From the NCBI GenBank assembly GCA_964016885.1, contig OZ024740.1, positions 170,810,001 through 170,874,000 on the forward strand: DNA of 64,000 nt, given 5' to 3'. The notes under the pieces are model-generated. The model made no database searches. It was not told the DNA's origin and worked only from the letters and a program-made list of their open reading frames with translations. Position numbers and translations under genes: made by a program. The DNA is from Eledone cirrhosa. Taxonomy: Eukaryota. Shown one piece after another: positions 43,974 to 57,649 of the stretch; positions within the stretch are counted from its first letter, which is position 1; every line of letters starts with the position of its first letter.

Positions 43974-44044
43974 ATTGAGTGGCACAACTTCGAGTGATTA
44001 GCAACCTTTAGACAACCTAATCAATGAAACATTTGTTAATACTG
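43932..44044 (+). ncRNA. Type I hammerhead ribozyme motif, long stem II
   Basis: cag u uauu-CUGAUGA-u uugauuggg...ccuaaucaa u-GAAA-cauuug-UU-aaua cug. Confidence 0.7.
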
Positions 44045-44091
44045 TAAACAAAACCCTTTTTGTACTGTTGACCATGTTATTCTTCACTCTC

Positions 44092-44132
<41 letters not shown>

Positions 44133-44133
<1 letters not shown>

Positions 44134-45242
44134 CTAAAAGGCAGAATATGTCCTATCAATAAAGGAGGTAGCAGAGCGGAGGCCAAAAACTGCATAGCAG
44201 TCTCCCTGACATCACATATCAGTAAGGTCATGGAGCGAAACATCAGAAAGAAACTGATCACGTTCCTCGATGAAAATGACCGCGTAGCTAGCACGCTGCT
44301 TGCCTTTCGCCCAGGAAGAAGCTGCCTTACACAGCTGCTACAATACTATGACCGGGTACTGAAATAACTTTTAGGCAGCTCACACTTTGACGTGATTTAT
44401 CTTGACTGTGCGAATGCCGTTGACAAGGTCGACCACGGAATAATGTCACAAACTACACAGACTTGGCATAACTGGAAAAGTAGGAGAGCGTCTGCATGAT
44501 TTCTTAAAAGACAGAAGCCAGGCATTGGCAGCCAATTGGCTCCTCTCAAAGGAAACATCAATAACAAGTGGAGTGCCCCAGGGCACAGTCTTGGGACCAC
44601 TACTGTTTTTGGTGGTTCTCTCAGACATTCCCGCTGTAGTACATACAACATCCCTCACTAGTTATGCTGATGACAGAAGGGTAGCACAGGCAATCAAACA
44701 CCCGGCTGTTGCTGCTCTTTTACAAAAAGATCTGGATGCCATATATAAATGGGCTGAGGACAAAAACATTCTGACTAATGCTGGAAAATTTCAAGCCCTA
44801 CAATACCAACCTGCAAACACACATACAACACAATACAGCTACATTGGACCAGGAGGATCGAAATTCCCGTGTCGAAATCGATACGAGACATGAGCGGTGA
44901 TGCATCTTTTTCTTCACACATCATGAGGGTGGCGACAATGTGCAGACGACTCGCTGGCTGGGTCTTGAGGGCTTTCCGGACAAGAGACCGAGAGACAATG
45001 TTAATATTATGGAGGACATTTGTCCTAAGCCGCCTGGACTATTGCTCCCTGCTGTGGTCACCTCATAGTATCAACCTAACCATGGAGCTTGAGACAATCC
45101 AACGAAGCTACACCAAGAGGATTGCGACGATGAAGGAGATAAGCTACTGGGAGAGGCTAAAAGAAACTCAACTGCTTGGAACGAAGACGGGAGAGATATG
45201 CAGTGACATACATATGGAGGGACTAGCACCAAACTTTAGCAT
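44133..45242 (+). mobile_element. Decayed CR1-group (Jockey superfamily) LINE reverse transcriptase
   Basis: VSLTSHISKVMER, FRPGRSCLTQLL, VIYLD..AVDKVDH, SGVPQGTVLGPLLF, YADD, SRLDYCSLLWSP. Confidence 0.9.
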
Positions 45243-45480
45243 TTCGGTGTTTCTGCCTACCCATACCTATGATCATGGATCTTGAGTAATGATGGAAAGA
45301 ATAAGATAACGAATACAAGCGGCCAAAATGGGGTTTCCTCAGGAGGGTCATTGGAGTAACATGAGTCGATATGGTGCGTAGCTCGGAGATCGGGGAGTGG
45401 CCACTTCTCCGAATCGATAGATTACAGCTCTGATAGTATGGACATGGGGTTAGAATGTCTATGGAAAGAATCGCTGGACA
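45243..45480 (+). mobile_element. RTE-clade LINE 3' fragment
   Basis: SVFLPTHTYDHGS, RIQAAKMG, PLLRIDRLQL..YGHGVRM. Confidence 0.7.
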
Positions 45481-45487
45481 GATTCTG

Positions 45488-45722
45488 GATGATGATGATG
45501 AAGATGATGATGAAGGATGAAGGATGAAGGATGAAGGATGAAGGAAGAAGGATGAAGGATGAAGGATGAAGGATGAAGGATGAAGGATGAAGGATGAAGA
45601 AGAAGAAGAAGAAGAAGAAGAAGAAGAAGAAGAAGAAGAAGAAGAAGAAGAAGAAGAAGAAGAAGAAGAAGAAGAAGAAGAAGAAGAAGAAGAAGAAGAA
45701 GAAGAAGAAGAAGAAGAAGAGA
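45488..45722. repeat. (GAT)n, (GAAGGAT)n and (GAA)n simple repeats
   Basis: Direct reading; source of poly-E/K/L ORFs. Confidence 0.97.
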
Positions 45723-45922
45723 AAAATGCTTATATATATGTATGTATATATATACGTCTGTATCTGTACTCATGTCCTGTAATTAGCAGTTCGTCAAAGC
45801 GAAATCAATAAAATAGCTACCATATTTCATAGAATAAGTACTTATGATCGATTACATCACTTCATGTCACTGCCCCTTGATGCCTACAGACCAATGCTTG
45901 AAACCAATAAAAGAATACACAC

Positions 45923-46013
<91 letters not shown>

Positions 46014-46023
46014 AAACACATAT

Positions 46024-46069
<46 letters not shown>

Positions 46070-48118
46070 GTATATATATATTATATACATAGGTAAATAG
46101 ATAAATTTATATTATATATATATATACACTTCAGTGTTTAATTAATTACAGCTGCTCATCAGCAAATTCCATACTTAATATTCTAAATGGGAATATGACG
46201 CCAATAAATCAATTTCCTTGGAATTATTTTTTGTTTCTACTTAAATAGAATTTTATATTTAACCAACTAGTAAAGCTTCTACTCTTATGAGATTTATTAA
46301 ATACATTCACTTGCAAAATTTTTCAACGTTTCTGGTTGTTTCTTCTTCATTAATAGTTATTTCTAGTAATATCTATATTTTATAAATGTCATCTAGCCAT
46401 TTACACAATTTTATTTCCTACACACCTCCTACGTAATGTCTTTGAATATGATGTCAATGAAAAGATAAGAGAATTCACTACTGAAATTAAACGAGATTTC
46501 AAATATTTGTCTATGTTTTATTTCCAGCTTTCTGCAACATCTCTAAAAAGCATTTAGTCGTTATATTTTCTATGTTGCATTACTTATTGGATTAAAATTC
46601 TAACAGATAGACATTTTTCAAGCATACAATTTGGAAAGGCAATGTCTTCGATGGTAAAATTGAAGTAAATGTATTTCTAAAATTGTAGCCAAATAATTCT
46701 GTAAGCTGTTAAAAAATAATAGTGTTTGCACATCTATTCGTTGCGATTATTTCTAATATAATGTTTTATATGTTTGATAATCTTACATGAACGTAAAAAT
46801 ATCAACTATTCCTTGAAAATCAAAAGCGAACTTTCGATTTCAATCAGGTTTTAACAATTAAATTAAATTTTCAGCTAGGGTTCTGCATGGATTATCTGTA
46901 TATAACTATTTAGTATACAACACATCAATTCTATTCATAATCAGCGATCACTATTTCTGGTTCCATAGAATTAAATCCATTGGGACCTTTTCACGAAAAG
47001 ATAACGGCAATAAATATTCAGTCTTTCTACATATAAACAGGGGTTACAATACTTTAACTTAATTGTTTAAATTAGTTGCACTTTTAATGGCTCTCTACTG
47101 CAATACTTTACTGTGGTAAAGAATATATTTCTCACAACAATTCCATCATATTTCAAAAGAAGTCACCTCTTCCTTCTCTTCATAACTAAGTTCTCCAATT
47201 TCAATTTTCAAAAATCATTTTATCCTTCTCAACATGGACCTTCACAACATTCATCAAATAACTAGCAACATTTGGTTGAAATAAATAACAGGAACCTTCA
47301 AACGTTCTATAATCCCGAAGGCAAAATTGCACCATCTTCACTATGCTAGCTACGCAATTCAATACAAAAAAATACCTCATCATTTTTATAAGCATCTCAC
47401 GCCCCAAATATGCCTAAAATTGATTACGATTCTTTTTTCGTTTTTTTACAGAGGTAAAATGTCAGTTTAATCTGAATTATAAAGCTCAAATAGACCTTTC
47501 ACAAAGTAGGGTGCTGAATTCTTTCCCTACCGAGATTAGAATTAAAACTAACGTCGAAAATGTTTGTCTAAAGTAAATTGTCTTCAGTTTATAATTTGCA
47601 GGCAAAACATTTCCTACCTTTGTTTCTCTCTCATGTTATTGTGGAATTTAGTTTCTAAATCTACACCATTCTCACACCTAGCTTGCCTTTACTTTCTCTA
47701 GATATTTCCTTTTCTTTCTATTTTGTACCTTACTTTTTTTACGCCTATGCCTTTCTTTGCAATTTGAACATTGAAACTATACTAAGATTCGAATCATGTA
47801 TCACAATATTCCATCTGTTCTCATTCTATAGCTATTATTACATATATTCTTATTCAAATTTAAATAGTGTGGCTACCTGCCACATGTGTACTAGGATTGA
47901 TCGCAAAACTTACAATCTACCTACCTTTTTATTTACCTTCCTATCTATTTACAATCGATCCAATCTAAACCGCTTTCATAATTGTTTGATTCAATAGCTG
48001 TTAATATTTGCTTAACATTTGTATACTTAGCATCATCAGTATGTTATTAAATATTCAACCTACGGTGGAAATGGGACTGTGGGATTATTAATCTTACAGC
48101 TGTATCTCACCAAAGATA

Positions 48119-48410
48119 TCTATATATATGATGTCTGTCTGTGTGTGTGTGAGTTTAAATCCCTAAAACTAGAGAAGCACCAAACCGACTGTTTTCAAAC
48201 TTTACACATGTAATACTTATGTTTCAGGGAGTGTCCTGAGCACAAAGATTTCAAATTTGCAATGCCCTAACGACCGCATTAGGCGATTTAGCGATCTCTC
48301 TCTATAATTCTTATTCTTTCCCTTTTTAGATAGATACATACACATAACGTCGCGCCCTTATAATATCTGTCTGTATGTCTGGCTGTCTGCATTACGTCAC
48401 TTCCCTGGGG

Positions 48411-48461
<51 letters not shown>

Positions 48462-48890
48462 TTTAGTCGCTACGTCAGACTAATTTCCTTGAAATTGTAA
48501 CTATGTATTAGTCAGTCTCTTCTTCATACCATGAGCAAAGAAAATCCAACTTTTTTATTAGTTTAGGGCCCGCATTAGGTGAAAACTTCATTTTTTCAGC
48601 TTCTTAGGGCTTCTTGGAGGCGTTACGTCTAGCTGATTTTCCCAAAATTTCAAAGCATATTATGCACATAAAAAAAATTCATTTTCTTGATCCCCTAGGG
48701 CCCGCATTAGGTGAAAACCTGTATTTTACCTGCTTCATCGAGGAAAATCTTAAAGATTATCCAGCCATCAGAGTATTCGGTTTATTTTCTTTACATATTG
48801 TCCACGCATGCAGTTTTTCCACGATTAGATCTGTTGGCGGCCCGCGTTCCAAAATACCTCATCCCGTGCTACCTCGGGTACCACTGCTAG
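48119..48890 (+). mobile_element. Non-autonomous Helitron
   Basis: A|TC 5' end (TCTATATATA), subterminal hairpin CCCG...CGGG, CTAG|T 3' end, no TSD; internal GGGCCCGCATTAGGTGAAAAC repeats; partial second copy at 20790-21200. Confidence 0.7.
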
Positions 48891-50751
48891 TTCCTTATAA
48901 ATTATAGGTTAGAAAGACGTTGCAGCACTTCACATTTAGTTTAGATGTTGAGAATCACTCATCCCTCAGCATATTGTATTGTTTTTGTTGGTGCACTTGC
49001 TTATTATACATCATCTTAGTGTTAGTTATTGCGTTCACAGTATACTTATTCCGAGTGGATCTAGCCAGTTGACGAAATTTGATAACCTTTCTGCTTCTGC
49101 TACTTAGGTCTAAATAGTTTATGCTATAAAATTACAAATTCATTACTTAACTCCTTAGAAACATCATTCTGTACGCCAATCTCTGGACCTGAACTGACTG
49201 ACACTCTATTTTGCTTGTGATTCCCAGAGCACACATCAGTTGAGTTCGCTGTTTAATAATTTAAAACTTTGAGTATAAACTACAGTTTTACTTGGATATT
49301 TGGTCATGTGCAACAAAAAGCAAAACCGAAAGATATTAGCGTGTTGGGTTTTGTTTGTCTGAGTAGTTGTTTTTGTATTATATCGTATGGTAATTGATGT
49401 CAAGCAGTTCTTCTATCCTGATATGATGAGACAAAACTGGAAGTCAATTAGTATTAAACTGCGTAGTAACAGTGTCAGTAGAAATTATAGAACGTCATAT
49501 TAAAAATGATTTGCACTAGCTTCGTGAACGGAGACGTAGAATAGATTGTCCAGGGATATGACAGGCCTGCAGTGGATTAGAACTAACACCTAATGGTCTG
49601 CTAGTCTAATTATTTATCAACTCTATCGTATTAAATTTACAAGTTTATATTGCATGGTGGGCAAGCAGTTATGTGGGTTGTTCTAAAGTCCACTTAGCTT
49701 GTGGGTTCTCACCTGTTAACTCTTGTTTTATGTTCTATATAATATATTGAATTGATTATTGTTTTATAATAATTTTATATTACCTGATATATCATATTAA
49801 ACTCTATTGTATAACGTCATTTCCTCTACTCTCGTTTATGTATAACTTTGACTAGCCACACATGTAACCCTATACTTATAATATTTACTGTGTTTCCATC
49901 TGCTGGACCCTGTGGCTAATAAAGAAATCATTTTTATTTTTATTACTATTATCCTTATTTGATGTGCAGGACATATGTGGTTGTTTCTTGAGTCCATTGT
50001 GAAGTGAGCAGTTTTACACTCTCTGTTTTCCTCTGCTATGTAAGAGAGAGAGAGTTTTTGTGTTGTGTTGTGTGGGGGGAGGGGGGATAAACACAGTTGA
50101 CAGGAATGAAGTGAGATTATTTCCCCTCCGGCCAAACTCTCGACTACTCTTTCAAGCACCACTTAGGATTGGGAAGATAGAGAAAGGAGTAATGATACGC
50201 ACTAGTAAATTCTCTGTGAACCAGTTTTGAGTATAGAATATGACCTGTTTGAATGTGTATGTCCTCAATATGCTGTTGTACGACCTGGAGTGAATGTGAT
50301 AGATCTTAGTCTTCTGTCGGGGTTCTTGGTTGTCCCTTGGTAGCTCTTTCTCTATTTGGACCTAAAACAAAAAAAAAATGTTATTATACACAATTGTTAT
50401 GTCTCTCGATTTCTTACAAATCCTGTAAAACTATCTCCATTTGTTTTTCATGTTTTGTTCTTACCAATATTTCTGCACATGTTCTGAATGAGATGAGAAA
50501 AACGTCTCTGTGGTAGTCTATCAATGCTCCGCTCTTCAACAGAGGTTATGGACTCTTTTTGTTTCAATTGTTTCTATATGATACAATTAATTTCAATGTG
50601 GCATTTTCCTGTAGTCTGCTTCTACATACTTGTTTCCACGAAGGATGTCCAGATAACAAATGAAGAACTAGTGTTTTTTTTTGTTTTGTTTTTTTGTAGT
50701 TGTTGCTTTTTGGCTTGTGTTTTCTTTTCCTTTCCTTTTTTATTTTTTGTC

Positions 50752-51210
50752 GGCAGACATCTTATATAACCTTTATCCAATTTATAAATAGATAGATTAT
50801 AGATAAATAGATTGTTACATTTAGGTAGGAAAGGCCAAATATATGACTCCAGACGTAAGTTGTGGTTGTTAGATTATCCCTGATTATGCCGACCTCTAGT
50901 CATATGCATTCTAACCATGATCATCTGTTTGTTTAAGTATGCTGTATCTAGGACTACATTGTTCAATGTTGCGTGCAAAGGCGCAGAGGTAAAACTTCAG
51001 AATAATGTCACTTAGTTCTTGTAAGTCAATCAGCTGAGTAGAGATTTCCTTGTTATTTCGTTTGGTGTTAATGAAATAGACACTGCAGAGAATAGAATTT
51101 CTGTAGTGATTGGTCTTCTGTATAAAGATTTGCATGTAATATTTAGCGTGTAATACAGTGGTTGATAGCAAAATAGTAGAGTACTGAACATCAAATAGTA
51201 AATCATTGAA
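50752..51210 (-). pseudogene. Decayed coding segment of unidentified family, copy 1
   Basis: DNA homology to 55213-55590; peptides NKEISTQLIDLQELSDII and NVVLDTAYL match copy 2 across a frameshift. Confidence 0.45.
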
Positions 51211-51447
51211 AAAAAACATCAAATATCACGTTATTGTTGTTATTTTGCCTCAACTCAAACCTGATCGAGAAATGAGGCAGGTGGAAACTGCTTGGCAGTC
51301 AAACAGATGGACTATGTGTATAATTCAAAAAGCCACACACGGTGGCACGCTGAATAAGTTACACATATATGTGGAATGCTCGGCTGCTTATATTTTAGTT
51401 TCATTAGTGGGCGGTCCTATTGATCAAACAGCAGTAACACACACCGT

Positions 51448-51758
51448 TTAAGAAGGTTTTTACAAATTTATAACTTTACCGGTTTCACAAATTTGCTGCG
51501 AAAACCTGAAAAAACAATGACACTCTCGATGTTTGGCGTGAAATTACCAAACAATTCGATGCCTGATGACATGATCTTCCTCAACCTCTCGAATTGTACT
51601 TCAAACATATAGCAAACTGAGCAAGATGTTTTGTATAAAACAAAGAAATTCCCAACATCAGCTAGTTGCAAATCACAAGTCAGCATAGCTACACGTTTCT
51701 CAAGCAGGAAACTTGTGAAACCGGTAAAGTTATAAATTATTGTAAATAAATCTCCTTA
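51448..51758. mobile_element. Short element with inverted termini and degenerate HHR
   Basis: AATTTATAACTTTACCGGTTTCACAA vs TTGTGAAACCGGTAAAGTTATAAATT; CTGATGA at 51563 and GAAA-CCGG-TA at 51717, stem I not pairing. Confidence 0.7.
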
Positions 51759-51799
51759 AAGTCTATTTTCCTATATATATAGAGAGAAAGAGATAGATA

Positions 51800-52775
51800 T
51801 GTTTCTTTTATTTGCCACCAGGGCATCAAAAGTGGGACAAGTACAATGGGGGGAGTTTACAAAACAAGGCGTCCTCAATAGGGAGGAGGCAATAACAATA
51901 TATAAAAATAAAATAAAATATAACAAAAAATAAAATAACAAAATCCTCAATAGAGAGGAGGCGCCTTGGGGGGTCGCACGCGCCCCCGAAAAAAGTGTGC
52001 AACCCTTCTCCTCAGGAGCACAGAGAAGGGGTGCTCCCTTGGTCTTTCATCTTCCTCACCTATAGTCTGATGTAGAGTGAAGGCCCATTCACACGGGCCA
52101 TTCTCGCGACTTTCACCCATCTTTCATAAAAACGGCTGGGGTGCAGCACCTCTCTCTCCATCCTGATCCTTCTTCCGAAATGATATCGGAAGAAACGGAC
52201 CAGTTGTTGGCCAGAGAGAAAGATGTCTGACCTCAGTCCTTTCAGACGCGTCCACCATACCACCTCTTTCGCCGTGGCTATTACGCACAGAAACACCGTC
52301 TCTCCTTCGTTTTTGAAGAGGGGAGGCGGCTTGATCGTTACAATAGACTCGGTGGTCAACCGGATCGGTCCCAGCCTTGACAGCAGTTGTTCGACATAGC
52401 CCCACAGATCAGCAATGCCCGAGCAGTGTACCAATGCGTGTGCAACGGTTTCCTCGTCGCACGCGCATCTGGGACAGATCTTTTTCGAGGGGTCCCTACC
52501 CGGGCGCCCGTGTCTGTAGAGCCTTTCTCGAATGGGTAGAGCCCTTCTGAAGCACTGCCAGGCCAGGGACCTCTGGAAGTTATCCATGGGTCCCGGGCTG
52601 AATGTCCTACCGAACAGGTTGGCCAGTTCGTCTTCATCCATGCCTAGGGCTTCTCCGAGGGCGTCGTCGCACCTGCTAACCACCAGCCCTCTATAGAATG
52701 ACGAGGTGGATTCTCCACTGACAGTCGGGTCCGCCTGCCAGAGAGCCGTGAGCGCCTGGGCACACTCGGTGTGCC

Positions 52776-52776
<1 letters not shown>
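51800..52776 (-). mobile_element. 5'-truncated L1/Tx1-clade LINE, second copy
   Basis: Open frame 52060-52776 with CPRC...[10 protein letters not shown], closely similar to 28815-29500. Confidence 0.9.
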
Positions 52777-52841
<65 letters not shown>

Positions 52842-52954
52842 AGAGATAAATATATATACATATATACATATGCATATACATATGTATACATATACATGTA
52901 TACATATACATATATATATACATATATGTATACATATATATATATATATATACA

Positions 52955-52988
<34 letters not shown>

Positions 52989-52992
52989 AGGC

Positions 52993-53023
<31 letters not shown>

Positions 53024-53185
53024 TGTTATACTTTGGGAGGGTCATGTTGCCAATAAGAAACACACGCACCAGTTGCTTTCACTTCAATTTATTATATATT
53101 TATAAATTTATAAATTTACAAATCTACAAATTTATAAATTTCTGGTTGGTTGGTTGGTTCCACAACCAGATAGTTGTTTATATAT

Positions 53186-53230
53186 AGTCATAGTCCTTTC
53201 GTCACACACTCTGTGACCTCTTCAGTGACT
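53186..53230 (-). ncRNA. Minimal hammerhead motif (P1)
   Basis: aguca-CUGAAGA-g gucaca gagug ugugac-GAAA-ggac-UA-ugacu. Confidence 0.65.
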
Positions 53231-53385
53231 GGGGATTCCTTTCTTTGTTTCTGTGCCTTTCCTTTCTTCTGTCCTACGCCATTTTGTTTCTGTGTGTGTG
53301 TTCACACAAAGTGAACACACACACAGAAACAAAATGGCGTAGGACAGAAGAAAGGAAAGGCACAGAAACAAAGAAAGGAATCCCC

Positions 53386-53430
53386 AGTCACTGAAGAGGT
53401 CACAGAGTGTGTGACGAAAGGACTATGACT
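53386..53430 (+). ncRNA. Minimal hammerhead motif (P1), opposite arm
   Basis: Identical to 53186-53230 on the other strand. Confidence 0.65.
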
Positions 53431-53650
53431 ATATATAAACAACTATCTGGTTGTGGAACCAACCAACCAACCAGAAATTTATAAATTTGTAGATTTGTAA
53501 ATTTATAAATTTATAAATATATAATAAACTGAAGTGAAAGCAACTGGTGCGTGTGTTTCTTATTGGCAACATGACCCTCCCAAAGTATAACAATATCGGT
53601 TTCAACACACGATTTCAGATAAAGAATCTTGCTAAAGAAATTCAGAAACG

Positions 53651-53764
<114 letters not shown>

Positions 53765-53833
53765 GTTAATACAAAAGTGTCATACAAAAGTGAGTTACAA
53801 ACGAAACGAAATTTAATTTCGTTTCGTTATTTG

Positions 53834-53882
<49 letters not shown>

Positions 53883-53922
53883 TGCGTTATGGTCCACCTG
53901 GTTCCTTACCACTTTTCCTTCG

Positions 53923-53967
<45 letters not shown>

Positions 53968-54047
53968 TGATTCCGGGTTGAATCGGGGGCAACCACAGTA
54001 AGTAAGGTACTCAATACATAGCAGAGTATAAATCTCTTAATATAGAA

Positions 54048-54100
54048 AAGCTTCTATAGGACTAGAACTGTTTCACTCGTGAGAAATCATCAGGAAGCTT
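54048..54100 (-). ncRNA. Hammerhead motif, copy of 13883-13933 with stem III mismatch
   Basis: aagcuuc-CUGAUGA-uuucucacgagu-GAAA-caguucuaguccua-UA-gaagcuu; truncated at palindrome ATCAGGAAGCTTCCTGAT. Confidence 0.7.
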
Positions 54101-54510
54101 CCTGATATATATAAATATATACATATATATATACATATATTAGGTGTATTATTTTAACAATGAAAATAATAACAGCAAAGTCAAGTTATTTTACCTATTC
54201 ATATCATTGTTTACGGTCGTTTCGGAGGGTAGATCATATTGACATATTGTCTGATCTATAGCAGTTTTATAACTGAATACTATCAGATTTCATATATAGG
54301 TTCAATCTGACTGTCTTCGGAAATAATGATGTTAGAATCTTTATTGGTAGCATATCTATATTTCCCATTTAAAAAAACCTTCAACACAGGCATTGCTTGT
54401 TCAGCTATGTTACAGGTTTGTGTGGCTAGCGGTAGCTTAAGAGTGCACAAAATTCTATAATCTGACAAGCGATTGCAATACGCTTAGAAGAGTTTTCAGA
54501 CATCATATAT

Positions 54511-54578
<68 letters not shown>

Positions 54579-55212
54579 TTAACTGTCACACAACAATCTG
54601 CTTATATACTTTACCTATTAAACATCTTGTTCGATAATATACTTATTGTTGTTGTTGTTGTTGATGTTGCTGCTGCTGCTGTTGTTATTGTTTCAGTCGC
54701 CAGTTAGACCTGATGGAGCCGACCTATGAACATAGGTATTCCAACCAAGGCCATCCCGTTTTTAAGTCTTATCTTATAAAGTAAACAATAGTATAGTTTG
54801 TATGAATCATTGAAAACTATGTGACAAAAATTCTTTACAGAATAATTCAAGTTAAAAAGCAGAGGGTGAAAATGCGAATATAGTAATATAAATCAAAAGA
54901 ACAGTTTATACTTTTAATTTATAATTCATATTTCGGGATTACGACCCTTTTTCAAAAGAAAAAAGTGAGAGCTGTCAAGGAGCATCTGAACTGACCAGTT
55001 TGATTTGCACGCACATTGATTTTTTTTTTCTGTTCTTCTTACTCTTGGCAGGTTAATTTTAAAAGAACTTTGTTATGTCTTTTAACAGCTTTGTTTCCAC
55101 GAAGTATTTTATGTGCAGATAGCAGATGTAAGAAATTTATTTTTGTTGAATTATGGTGTTTTTTTAATGATGTTATTGCTTAGTTTTTGTTTGTTTTGTT
55201 TTTATTACTACC

Positions 55213-55590
55213 AGCAGACATCTCATTTAACATTTATCCAATTTAGAAATAGATAGATTATAGATAAATTATAGATTGTTATGTGTAGCCGGGAAAGGCC
55301 AAATATAAGACTCCAGAACGATAATATACGTGACTTGCTGTTGCTCAATTCCATGTTAACCCTCACATCTTCTTTTAAGTATATTGTATCTAAGATTGCG
55401 TTACCCGATGTCCATTCGGTTTCTTTAAGGCGGTTTCTGAAAAGCATAGCTTCTATTTCTGGGAGAGCAATTATCTGAGTGGGGACTTCCTCGTTCATTC
55501 GTACTTAAGGACCCCCCCCCCCCCTTGTTTTCAAAATGAGCACTCAATAGTTATAAGATCTGAATATCCAACTAGTGAATTATTATGTTC
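55213..55590 (-). pseudogene. Coding-like segment of unidentified family, copy 2
   Basis: ORF 55223-55498 NEEVPTQIIALPEIEAMLF...SGNAILDTIYLK...hydrophobic C-terminus; further fragment at 55870-55935. Confidence 0.45.
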
Positions 55591-56332
55591 AGTATTCCAC
55601 AATCAAGAACTCTCAATGCAATTCTCCAGCAGAATCATCTTGCAAAATATATGACAAAACCGGACGTATAAATTAAAGGTAGAATCCATCCGACGTAATT
55701 CAATACTGCTTCTGTCTATCCAATATTTGGGTTGACCCGAGGCAATGGTGAAAACATTTGCCCAAGATGACACAGCGGGCTCGAAGGAAATACCTCATCA
55801 ATGGAACTACTTAACCACTTAGACTTGCATGCACATTGATATAAATATTTAACAGGAATAAACTATTGAAGAGGGAAATTCTGCGGTGAATTGGTCTTCA
55901 GAATAAACATTTGCACGTAATGTGTAGTGTGTGGTAGAATTGCGTGGCAGAGAAAGTATAGTATCGGACAAAATGCGATTCAAAATTTAGTTACATCAGT
56001 TTATGTTCTACGTTCAAATCATATTGGGTCTATAAAATATGAACCAGTAATATACTAAAAGTCAATTCAGTCATCTATACTGACTTTGGCATTGAAACAA
56101 CGTACAAATCAATACTGGCGCAAGGATTGGCAAACAGATGAATGTTTTCGACCCAGGTAAGCTCTCATTGAAAGATCCTATAGTAAAAAAACATCCAAAC
56201 TATATTTCCTATGAGATGAAATATTTAGGGCATTATTTAATGACTACTTTTTGTATTTAATTTAAACGATAGAGTCGTGGTTTGGGGGCAGATTAGACAA
56301 CTATTACTGGTAAGACAACCTACTACGTAGCA

Positions 56333-56395
<63 letters not shown>

Positions 56396-56959
56396 ATCTC
56401 CCTCTCTCTCTTTCTTACTTTGTCTCTTAAAATCTATATCTCCTGGCTCACACCTCCCTCTTTCTCTCTTCCCCCTCTTTCTATATATATTTCTGTCAAA
56501 TCTGCTTTATCTCTTCCTTTCCTTTTTTTCTTTTTTTCCGTCTGTTTGTCTCTATCTCACTCTCTCTCTCTCTCTATCTATCTATCTATATATCTATCTT
56601 TTTCTTGTTAGCTCTATAGAATACAACCGAGCCAATAGCAATCTGAATGCGCAAATCATACAGTTTGATAGCAAAATAAGGCGTAGCAAGGTAATTAAAT
56701 ATATGACAAAATGTTATATAACACTGCAGTACGAATAAATTATCATATCATATGAATATGTGTTTTACACATACGCTAAGGCAAGGAGAATGAAATATAT
56801 GAGTAATGAAAGAAATAGGTGTATTTAAGATTGTAACTGTGTGTACCTTCGTCTGTGTATGTATGGAGATACACACACACACACACACACAGACACACGC
56901 GCGCGCGTATATACATATGTATATGTATGTGTATGTGTGTGCATGAGTGTGTGCATGCG

Positions 56960-57049
<90 letters not shown>

Positions 57050-57279
57050 TGTATAAATATGTATGTATATATATGTATATATGTATATATATATATATAT
57101 AAATTATATATATATGTGTGTGTGTATGAATACATATATGTGTATATATATATATATATGTGTGTATATAGAAATACATATATATGTATATATATATATG
57201 TGTATATATATATATACATGTAGATGTCAACATGAATGGACCTGTTATTTTTATCTAAAGACATTTTTCCAATCCCAAC

Positions 57280-57360
57280 CCGCCCGGCATCACCTGGTCC
57301 AGGAATCGAACTCACAACCTCAAGATTGTGAATACAATTCTCTAACCACTCAGCCACTCG

Positions 57361-57362
<2 letters not shown>
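57280..57362 (-). mobile_element. SINE family B 5' (tRNA-like head)
   Basis: GTGGCTGAGTGGTTAG A-box and GAGTTCGATTCCTGGACC B-box on minus strand. Confidence 0.75.
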
Positions 57363-57407
<45 letters not shown>

Positions 57408-57436
57408 CATACATACATATATATGTATATATGTAT

Positions 57437-57627
<191 letters not shown>

Positions 57628-57649
57628 CATAGATATAGATATCTTGTCC

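Noticed and set aside
44668-44674. CTGATGA (also minus strand near 32996)
   Set aside because: Codons of the RT YADD motif, not a ribozyme
55089-55246. Plus-strand two-exon model (39 nt exon with GTAAGA donor, then CAG acceptor ending ...NIYPI*)
   Set aside because: Splice signals not conserved in the 50630-50790 paralog; peptide conservation favours the minus strand; RNA-seq needed to exclude fully
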